Source: Candidatus Caccopulliclostridium gallistercoris
Lineage (GTDB): Bacteria; Bacillota; Clostridia; Christensenellales; UBA1242
NCBI GenBank assembly: GCA_018713725.1
Contig: DVOJ01000007.1
Location: 2,486 to 66,485 of the forward strand
DNA length: 64,000 nt
Reading direction: 5' to 3'
Part shown: piece by piece, positions 1-7,982 of the stretch
How the letters are laid out: every line of letters begins with the position of its first letter
How positions within the stretch are numbered: the stretch's first letter is position 1
Translations under genes and position numbers: made by a program
Notes under the pieces: model-generated
Databases searched by the model: none
What the model saw: the letters and a program-made list of their open reading frames with translations, nothing else
Told to the model about the DNA's origin: nothing

Positions 1-101
1 AACTCCTGCTTTTAGGCATTTTTCGAGCCTTGCCTCGCTCGGTTAAATGAACAGTCTGATTTACTAATCAAAAGCCGACTGCTTTAAAAGCTTTTTAAAA
101 C

Positions 102-248
102 CTAAGCGTTAACGTTCTCGCACTTTTGGTTTGTAACGCCGCAAGACGTTTTGCAAGCAGATTGGCAAGAGGTTTGGCATTCGCCGCAACCGCCGCCGCA
201 TAGACTATCTTTTAAATTTCTTGTTTGAATTGTGTTTATTCTTTTCAT
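102..248 (-). CDS. SCIFF-type (six cysteines in forty-five residues) radical-SAM-modified peptide precursor, 48 aa
   Basis: An internal Met at 248 is preceded by a GGAAGGA SD. The peptide MKRINTIQTRNLKDSLCGGGCGECQTSCQSACKTSCGVTNQKCENVNA carries the GGCGECQTSCQSACKTSC signature of the Clostridia SCIFF family. The ORF-track start at 284 looks over-extended. Confidence 0.85.
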   Translation of the reverse strand: MKRINTIQTRNLKDSLCGGGCGECQTSCQSACKTSCGVTNQKCENVNA

Positions 249-364
249 GATTCTATCCTTCCTTTTACAAAAATAGTATTGCAAAAACTATAACGTTTTG
301 TCAACTAAATTTAAAATAAAAGCAAACCTTTATAAAAAGCGCATAAAATATTCAATGTGAATAT

Positions 365-393
365 TTGCATTCAAGTTTTTAATATGCTATAAT
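365..393 (+). promoter_or_regulatory. sigma-A type promoter (TTGCAT-17-TATAAT with TGc extended -10)
   Basis: TTGCAT at 365-370, a 17-nt spacer and TATAAT at 388-393. It lies upstream of the AGGAGG SD and the ATG at 422. Confidence 0.5.
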
Positions 394-421
394 GTTAAAA
401 AGTTTTCCTAGGAGGTTTTAA

Positions 422-700
422 ATGAGAAAAGTATTATATTTTATATTTGCAATATTAGGCCTTGCATACATAGCAATTATGGGGCTATACGGCGTAAGTT
501 TAATGCACCCATTCATGACGGAATTTTTTACAGGCGACTTTTTCCGTTTTATAGCTAATTGGGGAGCGGTGATTATAATAGGTGGTTTTTGTTTTACAAA
601 CTTCTTTGGTAAAACGTTAAAACTAATATTTTTCTTCCTATTACTTGCCGCAGTAGTGTTATACGTACTTGCTTTTGGTTTCCCAGAAATTTTTGCTTAA
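422..700 (+). CDS. small integral membrane protein, 92 aa, unknown function
   Basis: Strong AGGAGG SD 6 nt upstream. About three hydrophobic helices. No family recognised. Confidence 0.6.
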   Translation: MRKVLYFIFAILGLAYIAIMGLYGVSLMHPFMTEFFTGDFFRFIANWGAVIIIGGFCFTNFFGKTLKLIFFFLLLAAVVLYVLAFGFPEIFA

Positions 701-729
701 AAATTGCGAAATAAGGATAAAATAGCCAC

Positions 730-3225
730 GTGAAAGATAAGTTTTTAATAGTAGACGGAAATAGTTTAGCATATAGGGCATATTACGCAATGCCGTTTTT
801 AACAAGTCCAGAAGGCACCAACACGGGTGCCGTTTTTGGTTTTTTTAATATGCTTTTAAAAGCAATAGAAGATAACACTCCAAACTACATTGCCGTAGCC
901 TTCGATTTTTCAAAACACACTTTTAGAACGGAGATTTTTAAGGACTATAAAGGCACACGTCAAGAAACTCCGCCAGAGTTAAGGGAACAATTTCCAATAA
1001 TAAAGGAACTCTTAAAAAAGCTTAAAATAGCCGTTTTTGAAATGGAAAACATAGAAGCAGACGACATTATAGGCACGCTAGCAAAAAGCTCTAAAACCAC
1101 AAAAAATTTAATCTTGTCCGGAGATAGAGACTTACTTCAACTTATAGACACTAACACAGAAGTGCTTCTTACAAAACACGGCACAACTTCCACAAAATCT
1201 ATGACGCTTGAAAGCTTAAAAGAAGAAATGCACATTACTCCTAGCCAAGTAGTAGACTTAAAGGCGCTAATGGGCGACAATAGTGACAACATTCCAGGCG
1301 TAAAAGGTGTAGGTCCCAAAACCGCTCAGGATTTAATAGAAGCCTATGGCACGCTTGAAAACGTCTATAAACATATTGACGAGTTAAAGGGGAGCTTAAA
1401 AGAAAAGCTAATAAAAGATAAAGAAATGGCGTTTTTATCTTACACGCTTGCTAAAATTAAAACAGACGTAGAGTTAGACTTTAAATTAGAAAACCTAAAA
1501 CTTCATTATCCTTTTGATGTATCTATTAAAGAAGATTTTAAACGCTTTGGCTTTGGTATGTTCTTAAAAAGGAATATTTTTGCCGAAGTTAAGGAAGTGG
1601 AAGAAAAGAGCCAATCTAAAAACATAGAAATAGACAGCCTTGAAATTTTGGAAAATTTAGAGCTTAGTAACACTTTTGCCTTTAATTTTAACGGTAATAT
1701 AGAGTTTTCTACAAATAGCGATACCATATATACTTTAAAGAAAAACTTCGACCTATTTTCAAAAAGCATAGAAACAAACGACGTAATTTTGAAGTTAAAA
1801 AACGTTTTAGAAGACGATAGCATTCTAAAACTCACCTCAGATTTAAAACAAGAACTTCATTTGCTAAAAAATCTTGGCATAGAAGTAAAAAACGTATTTG
1901 ATTTAAAACTAGGTGCATACCTTATAGGTGGAAGTAAGAATATAACCACAAGCACAAACACGTATTTTGAACTTTACGAAGATATAAAAACAAAGCTTAA
2001 AAACTTAGACCTAGAAAAGCTTTACTATAATATAGAGCTTCCTTTGTTATACGTGCTTTACGACATGGAAAGCGCGGGTTTTAAAATTAATTCTAAGGAA
2101 CTTTTAGAACTATCAGATAAATACACCAAAGAACTTTCTGAATTAGAAAATAGCATTCAAGAGCTTGCAGGGGAGCAGTTTAACGTAAAATCTCCAAAGC
2201 AACTTGCTAGCATTCTATTTGATAAGTTAGGCTTAAAGGCTAAATTTTTTCACAAAAAAAATTCTACAAACATAGACGTTCTAAACGAGCTTATCTCCGA
2301 GCATCCAATAGTGCCGCTTATTATAAGATACAGAAAAATCCAAAAGCTTCATAGCACATACATCGAGCCATATATAGAGCTTGTAAAGAATAGCGGAGAT
2401 ATCATTCACACCGTTTTCAATCAAACTTTAACCGCTACGGGCAGACTATCAAGTAGCGAGCCGAACTTGCAAAACATTCCAGTTCGTGACGACGAAGGTA
2501 AGCTTTTAAGAAAACTATTTATTAGCCGTTTTGACGGCGGAAATATAATCTCAGCGGATTACAATCAGATTGAACTTAGGTTGCTTGCGCATTATAGTGG
2601 AGACGAAAAATTGGTGAACGCTTATAAAGAAAACAAGGACATTCACACCTTAACGGCTTCGCAGGTTTTCGGTGTGCCGGAAAGTGAAGTAACTCCAATT
2701 CAAAGGCGTAGCGCAAAGGCTGTGAACTTTGGTATTATTTACGGCATATCAGATTTTGGACTTTCTCAGAACGCAAACCTTTCAAGAAAAGAAGCAAAGC
2801 TTTACATTGAAAAATATTTTGCCACCTATCCAAGTGTGAAGGAGTACATGGATTCCAACGTAAAATTTGCGCGTGAAAACGGATATATTAAAACAATAAT
2901 GGGTAGAATTAGGCGCATACCAGAAATAAATTCAAACGTCTATCAAACGCGCCAATTTGGCGAGCGTGTGGCAATGAATATGCCACTTCAAGGCTCGGCT
3001 TCCGATATAATTAAAATGGCTATGATAAAGGTGGAAGATGCCTTAAAAAATTTAAAAAGCAAGCTTATTCTTCAAATTCACGACGAACTTATAGTAGATA
3101 CGTATCCAGGGGAAGAAAGCACAGTTAAACAAATTTTAAAGGACTGTATGGAAAACGTGGTAGCTTTAAAAGTGCCGCTTCCAGTGGATATCAATATGGG
3201 CAAAACTTGGTTTGACTGCAAATAA
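730..3225 (+). CDS. polA: DNA polymerase I
   Basis: 831 aa with a GTG start. N-terminal 5'-3' exonuclease motifs (LIVDGNSLAYRAYYA, SGDRDLLQL, DNIPGVKGVGPKTA). C-terminal family A polymerase motifs (DYNQIELRLLAH, RRSAKAVNFGIIYG, QIHDELIV). Confidence 0.95.
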   Translation: MKDKFLIVDGNSLAYRAYYAMPFLTSPEGTNTGAVFGFFNMLLKAIEDNTPNYIAVAFDFSKHTFRTEIFKDYKGTRQETPPELREQFPIIKELLKKLKIAVFEMENIEADDIIGTLAKSSKTTKNLILSGDRDLLQLIDTNTEVLLTKHGTTSTKSMTLESLKEEMHITPSQVVDLKALMGDNSDNIPGVKGVGPKTAQDLIEAYGTLENVYKHIDELKGSLKEKLIKDKEMAFLSYTLAKIKTDVELDFKLENLKLHYPFDVSIKEDFKRFGFGMFLKRNIFAEVKEVEEKSQSKNIEIDSLEILENLELSNTFAFNFNGNIEFSTNSDTIYTLKKNFDLFSKSIETNDVILKLKNVLEDDSILKLTSDLKQELHLLKNLGIEVKNVFDLKLGAYLIGGSKNITTSTNTYFELYEDIKTKLKNLDLEKLYYNIELPLLYVLYDMESAGFKINSKELLELSDKYTKELSELENSIQELAGEQFNVKSPKQLASILFDKLGLKAKFFHKKNSTNIDVLNELISEHPIVPLIIRYRKIQKLHSTYIEPYIELVKNSGDIIHTVFNQTLTATGRLSSSEPNLQNIPVRDDEGKLLRKLFISRFDGGNIISADYNQIELRLLAHYSGDEKLVNAYKENKDIHTLTASQVFGVPESEVTPIQRRSAKAVNFGIIYGISDFGLSQNANLSRKEAKLYIEKYFATYPSVKEYMDSNVKFARENGYIKTIMGRIRRIPEINSNVYQTRQFGERVAMNMPLQGSASDIIKMAMIKVEDALKNLKSKLILQIHDELIVDTYPGEESTVKQILKDCMENVVALKVPLPVDINMGKTWFDCK

Positions 3226-3230
3226 TATTA

Positions 3231-3297
3231 GGGGACACCAATTTTCAGAAAAAATGCCGAGCTTGTAGCTCGGTCATTTTTTAAAATTGGTTTCCCC
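3231..3297 (+). terminator. long near-perfect hairpin containing a bidirectional intrinsic terminator downstream of polA
   Basis: The outer arms ggggacaccaatttt / aaaattggtttcccc enclose aaaaaatgccgagc-ttgta-gctcggtcatttttt, which is an A-run, a GC stem and a T-run. Confidence 0.55.
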
Positions 3298-3317
3298 TAA
3301 TATACCCCTTCCTTGTC

Positions 3318-3380
3318 GTCAAAGCACGCTACGCTAGACAAGTTGCAAACAGCAACTTGTCTAGTGGAGCGTGCTTTGAC
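3318..3380. repeat. 63-nt GC-rich two-tier hairpin (member of the structured intergenic element family)
   Basis: gtcaaagcacgct pairs with agcgtgctttgac (13 bp) and ctagacaagttgc pairs with gcaacttgtctag (13 bp). A 3x3 internal loop separates the two tiers and the apical loop is aaaca. Confidence 0.6.
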
Positions 3381-3596
3381 GCGTCGAACGGATCTCCGTC
3401 GGGCAGGCGAAGTTTTTAAAAAATCCATTAAATTTTAATTTAAACAACAAAATACAAATGCAAAAAATGGGTTATTTAACCCCAAAATTAAAATAATTCC
3501 ACTTTTAATATAATTTTTCTACCTTAGGGTTAGCAATTTTCTATTATTTTGCTAATAAATATGTTATAATAGGGGCAAGTTAATAAGGAGATTACT

Positions 3597-6500
3597 ATGA
3601 GTTTAGGAGAAAAAATTAAACTTCTTAGAAAAAGTAAAAACTTAACTCAAAACGAGTTAGGCAAGCTTCTTAATGTCTCTTTTCAGGCGGTAAGTAAATG
3701 GGAAAAGAACGTTTCTCAGCCAGATATTGAAACTATTAAGAAAATTTGCGAAATTTTTGAAATTAACGTAGACAACTTTTTAAAAGATAATTTTACCCTT
3801 AAACCTAATAAAGAAGTTGTACATAGTAAAGTAGAAAAATCTGCTTTATATAATGAAGTTAACACTTCTAACGAAAAGGCGTTAGTTTTATCTAGAAATC
3901 AGCTAATTATTATAATTTGCGCCGCTTTGGCTGCAATTTTAGCCGTTGTTGGCATTATTTTAGCTATAACAATTCCAAATTCTAGGCGTGGAAGCGTTTA
4001 TGATAGCGTTAACCCTAGCGTTGTTTGTGTTTCTACAACGGCGGGGAATAATCTTCTTTTTGGTTCCGGTTTCTTTATTTCTAATACCCAAGTTGTAACA
4101 AACTATCACGTTGTGGCTGGAATTGAAAGCGGGAAAGTAAAACTTTCCGACGGTACAGAGCTTAATATAACAGGCATTGCGGGCTACGATAGAGAAAGGG
4201 ATATTGCCGTTTTAATTGTAGACACCGAACCCTTAAAGGATAGTGAAGAGTTTAAGGGTGGCGTAAAAACGGTAAGGCTTGGCAATAGCGACAACATTCG
4301 CGTTGGCGATAGAGTTTACGCTATTGGCTATCCGCAATCTTATTTTATTGGCAATAATGTAAGCACGCTTACGGAAGGTATAATTTCAAAAACGTCCTAT
4401 ATGCATGAAGGATATTCCTACATTCAAACCACAGCCGACATCACAAACGGAAATAGCGGCGGTGTGCTTGTAAATGAAAGTGGAGAAGTTATAGGCATAA
4501 CAACGGCGCAACTTTCCGTTGCTGGCGAAGATTATATGAATATGTCTATTCCAATTAATTCGCTTAAAAATTTAGATAAAAGCCATAACTACACATTGGA
4601 AGAATTTGTTTCATATAACGCAGTTTACACTATAAGATTTTACGTAGATAACTATGTAGACGAAGTAAGAAGCGTACATTATAACGAAACCGTAGAAAGC
4701 TATACTCCTACGAAAACGGGCTACACTTTTGTGCGTTGGAACGACGAACTTGGAACAGAGTTTAACTTTAATACCCCAATTAATAAAAACACAAATTTAT
4801 ATGCTGAATTTACTCCAAACGAATATACTATAACACTCTTTTTAGATGGCGGCAGCTTAGAAGAAGGCACAGAAAACTCAGTTAAAGTAACTTATAATGC
4901 ACCTTTTACTCTTCCAACACCTACAAAAGAAGGTTTTGAATTTATAAGGTGGACACTTAACGGCTCCGAGCTTCCAGCTGTTTACAACATTGCTGACAAC
5001 AGCATAGCCACAGCAGTTTGGAGAGAAGAACCTAAAACAATTATATATATTTTAAATGATGGCACAAACAATGCGGAGAACCCTACAAGTTTTAGAAACG
5101 ACGAAAGCCTTACAATTACTTTAAAACCTGCAAGCAAAGATTACTATAAATTTGGCGGCTGGTACTTAGATTCTAGTTTTAACACACAAGTTACAGAAAT
5201 TAATACTTTCGGCGAAGATGATATAACGCTCTACGCAAAATTTACGCCTATTACTTATACAATAGATTATGAATTAAACGATGGTAGTGTTATCCACACT
5301 TTCAAAAGAAGGTACACTATTGAAGATACTTTCACTTTACCAAATAACTTAGAAAAGGCGCATTACGATTTTCTAGGCTGGATATGTTTGCAAGACGAAA
5401 CCAGAGAGCCAAAGCTTGACTACACAGTAGAAAATAGGGCAGGTAATTTAACATTTGAAGCTATTTTTGAACCTACCAAATATAAGGCAACCTTCGACCT
5501 AGACGGCGGAACACTAGTTGAAGGGGAAGAACTTTTTGAAACTTTCACATATTTTGATAAGTTTGACCTACCAAAGCTTGAAAAAGAGCACTATGTTCAT
5601 ATAGGTTATACAATTAACGGGTTTTATATGCCAAACGGCGACCCTTATACCACTGTTCCAAATTGGGGTACAGATGCAACATTTAAAGCAGTTTATGAAA
5701 AGTTCAATTATGAAATAAATTATTACGATTTAAGCGGAAACTTATTTAAAACAGATTATTACACCTTCGACCAATTCCCAGTAACACTAGAAAATTTTGC
5801 GCCAGAAGATGCCTTTGAATTAAAAGATGACAAGAACTATTCTAGCGCAGAACTTACAAGCGAAATTTCAAGTATAACGGAAATTGGCAACCATAGTGTT
5901 TATAAAAACTTCTATGCTACGGCAGTAGTGGAATACACTATAAATAGTTATAATAAAAATGTAACCGTTACAGGTACAAATTTTAAAGGCACAGTTTATA
6001 TTCCAGCGGAAATAGGGGATTTCCCAGTTGTGTCAATTTCCTTTGGTGGTAATACTACCATAGAAACACTATATGTTCCAAACACGGTTGCAACTTATGG
6101 CTATCGTTGTTTTAAGAATTCAACCACACTAAAACAAGTTTTAATGTATGAAAGTGACCTTGAAAACACAAGGGAAGGCACCATTGGAGAACAGGCATTT
6201 TATGGTTGCACCAATTTAGAAAAGCTAGAACTTCCAGATAATGTTACCATAATTGATGGAAATGCTTTCAGTTTAACAAGCAAGCTTACTATGAATATAC
6301 CAAGTTCGCTTGAAAGAATAGAGAGTTATGCCTTTTCAAATAGTGGCTTTAATCCAACGGAAAACTTCCCAGAAACCTTAACTTATATAGGTCGTGGCGC
6401 ATTCAACAACTGTCCAATTCTAGAAAACGAACTATTTACAATAGATAACTGCGTAGTAATAAATAACATACTAGTACTTGGCAGAGTTAACCAGGAAGAC

Positions 6501-6992
6501 GGCAAAACAAGTGTAATTCCAGAAAATGTTACTAGGCTTACTGGTGGCTGTTATGGTGGCGATTATTTAGCTTATGATAGAGTAACAAAAACAATAGTAA
6601 TACCAGACGGCGTTAGTTCTATTCCAGCATATTTTGTTAATTATAGCTATGTTGAAACAATAGAAATAGGTGCAAATGTTACGTCTATTATATATAACGC
6701 ATTTAGCTCTTGTCCAAGCATAGAAAATGTGTATATCCGCGGAGCGCACAGGTCGTTAAGCGTAAGTACAAGCAGTGATATAAATTATTATTACGAAGCA
6801 AATAACTACATAGAATCTTATAAAACCTATTGCAAATTAGACCAAGGTTACGCGCATTGGGTAGGCACGAACGTATTAGAATTTAACGGCGAAACATACA
6901 ATTACAAACAAGAAGAGCCAACCTTCCCAGGCAATTTCTGGTATTATGATGAAGTGACTGGCAAAATAAAGTTATGGGGTCAAAACGCATAA
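3597..6992 (+). CDS. membrane-anchored multidomain protein: XRE-type HTH, TM helix, trypsin-like serine protease, Listeria-Bacteroides (Flg_new) repeats, BspA-type LRR
   Basis: 1131 aa with an AAGGAG SD. HTH: LTQNELGKLLNVSFQAVSKWEKN. TM helix: LIIIICAALAAILAVVGIILAI. S1 catalytic triad contexts: TNYHVV, RDIAVL, GNSGGVLVN. Repeated GYTFVRW...LYAEFTP-type modules. C-terminal FYGCTNLEKLELP LRR_5-like repeats. Confidence 0.85.
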   Translation: MSLGEKIKLLRKSKNLTQNELGKLLNVSFQAVSKWEKNVSQPDIETIKKICEIFEINVDNFLKDNFTLKPNKEVVHSKVEKSALYNEVNTSNEKALVLSRNQLIIIICAALAAILAVVGIILAITIPNSRRGSVYDSVNPSVVCVSTTAGNNLLFGSGFFISNTQVVTNYHVVAGIESGKVKLSDGTELNITGIAGYDRERDIAVLIVDTEPLKDSEEFKGGVKTVRLGNSDNIRVGDRVYAIGYPQSYFIGNNVSTLTEGIISKTSYMHEGYSYIQTTADITNGNSGGVLVNESGEVIGITTAQLSVAGEDYMNMSIPINSLKNLDKSHNYTLEEFVSYNAVYTIRFYVDNYVDEVRSVHYNETVESYTPTKTGYTFVRWNDELGTEFNFNTPINKNTNLYAEFTPNEYTITLFLDGGSLEEGTENSVKVTYNAPFTLPTPTKEGFEFIRWTLNGSELPAVYNIADNSIATAVWREEPKTIIYILNDGTNNAENPTSFRNDESLTITLKPASKDYYKFGGWYLDSSFNTQVTEINTFGEDDITLYAKFTPITYTIDYELNDGSVIHTFKRRYTIEDTFTLPNNLEKAHYDFLGWICLQDETREPKLDYTVENRAGNLTFEAIFEPTKYKATFDLDGGTLVEGEELFETFTYFDKFDLPKLEKEHYVHIGYTINGFYMPNGDPYTTVPNWGTDATFKAVYEKFNYEINYYDLSGNLFKTDYYTFDQFPVTLENFAPEDAFELKDDKNYSSAELTSEISSITEIGNHSVYKNFYATAVVEYTINSYNKNVTVTGTNFKGTVYIPAEIGDFPVVSISFGGNTTIETLYVPNTVATYGYRCFKNSTTLKQVLMYESDLENTREGTIGEQAFYGCTNLEKLELPDNVTIIDGNAFSLTSKLTMNIPSSLERIESYAFSNSGFNPTENFPETLTYIGRGAFNNCPILENELFTIDNCVVINNILVLGRVNQEDGKTSVIPENVTRLTGGCYGGDYLAYDRVTKTIVIPDGVSSIPAYFVNYSYVETIEIGANVTSIIYNAFSSCPSIENVYIRGAHRSLSVSTSSDINYYYEANNYIESYKTYCKLDQGYAHWVGTNVLEFNGETYNYKQEEPTFPGNFWYYDEVTGKIKLWGQNA

Positions 6993-6996
6993 AAGC

Positions 6997-7234
6997 GGCG
7001 CCTAGCTGCGTTTCTAAAAAACGGGGTCAGACAGTTACGTACGTAGGTACGCGCCTGCCTGACCCCATTTTTGAGCCTTGCTATGCTTGCTTTTCTGCGT
7101 TTTGACTATTTCTACTTAATTTTATGTAAGAAAATAAACCTTGTCGAGCCTTGCTCCACTCGTTTTTCTGCGTTTATTTCTACTTAACTTTAATAGCAAG
7201 AAAAATATTGGCGCCTAGCTGCGTTTCTAAAAAA
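6997..7234. repeat. composite intergenic repeat block bounded by 25-bp perfect direct repeats
   Basis: ggcgcctagctgcgtttctaaaaaa occurs at 6997-7021 and again at 7210-7234. Between the copies are the 7023-7066 hairpin and two roughly 73-nt tandem units that start with gagccttgct (7073 and 7146). Confidence 0.8.
7023..7066 (+). repeat. hairpin with a conserved 28-nt core (copy 1)
   Basis: Arms ggggtcag / ctgacccc flank acagttacgtacgtaggtacgcgcctgc. The same core occurs at 40009-40036 with different but complementary arms. Confidence 0.8.
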
Positions 7235-7337
7235 ATATATCTTTTTATTGAAAGTCAAGAAACAAGAATATTATTATAAGTGATTAATTATATTTTTCAA
7301 TTTTACAAACTCCTTTAAATTTTCATATATATTCACT

Positions 7338-7982
7338 ATGAAAAATGTTATAGCAGTGGTGGATAGCGGGCTTGGGGGTAAGAATATTTTAAACGCCTGT
7401 AAAAAACTTATGCCTAATGAAAATTTTGTATACTTTGCGGACACAAAAAACGCGCCTTACGGCAATAAACCTAGGCGTGAACTTTTAAAAATTGCAGAAA
7501 ATTTGGTGCAAAACGTTTTGGATATATATGACCCTAAAATAATTGTGCTTGGCTGCAACACTTTAACCGCTGTGTCTATTAAACATCTGCGAGATAAATT
7601 TAAAGACGTGGTTTTTGTGGGAACAGAGCCGGCAATAAAACCAGCGTTAAAAAAATATAATAAAAATGAAGTAGTTTTATTTGCTACAAAAAATACGTGT
7701 AAATATTATAAAAATATTAAGAAAATATATATTAAAAATCTGCCAAAATTAATAGACGAAAATATTAATAATTTAAATGTAATTAATCCTATATTAATTA
7801 AATATTTTTTAAAGAAAAAATATAAAAATATTAAGGGAATTATTTTAGGTTGTACGCATTTTATTTATTTAAAAGAAAATTTAGTTAATATTTTAGGTAA
7901 AAATATTGAATTTTTTGATAATTCAGAAGGCGTGGCAAGGCAAGTGAAAAGGCTTTCAGAAAATATTAAATTTCGTTATTAA
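7338..7982 (+). CDS. murI: glutamate racemase
   Basis: VVDSGLGG, YFADTKNAPYG, LGCNTLTA and LGCTHFIYL motifs (both catalytic Cys contexts are present). At 214 aa it is short, and the 3' half is extremely AT-rich. Confidence 0.8.
   Translation: MKNVIAVVDSGLGGKNILNACKKLMPNENFVYFADTKNAPYGNKPRRELLKIAENLVQNVLDIYDPKIIVLGCNTLTAVSIKHLRDKFKDVVFVGTEPAIKPALKKYNKNEVVLFATKNTCKYYKNIKKIYIKNLPKLIDENINNLNVINPILIKYFLKKKYKNIKGIILGCTHFIYLKENLVNILGKNIEFFDNSEGVARQVKRLSENIKFRY

Noticed and set aside
6997-7234. IS element or MITE with a target-site duplication
   Set aside because: The 25-bp direct repeats are long for a TSD. There are no terminal inverted repeats just inside them and no transposase ORF. I report it as an unexplained repeat block instead.
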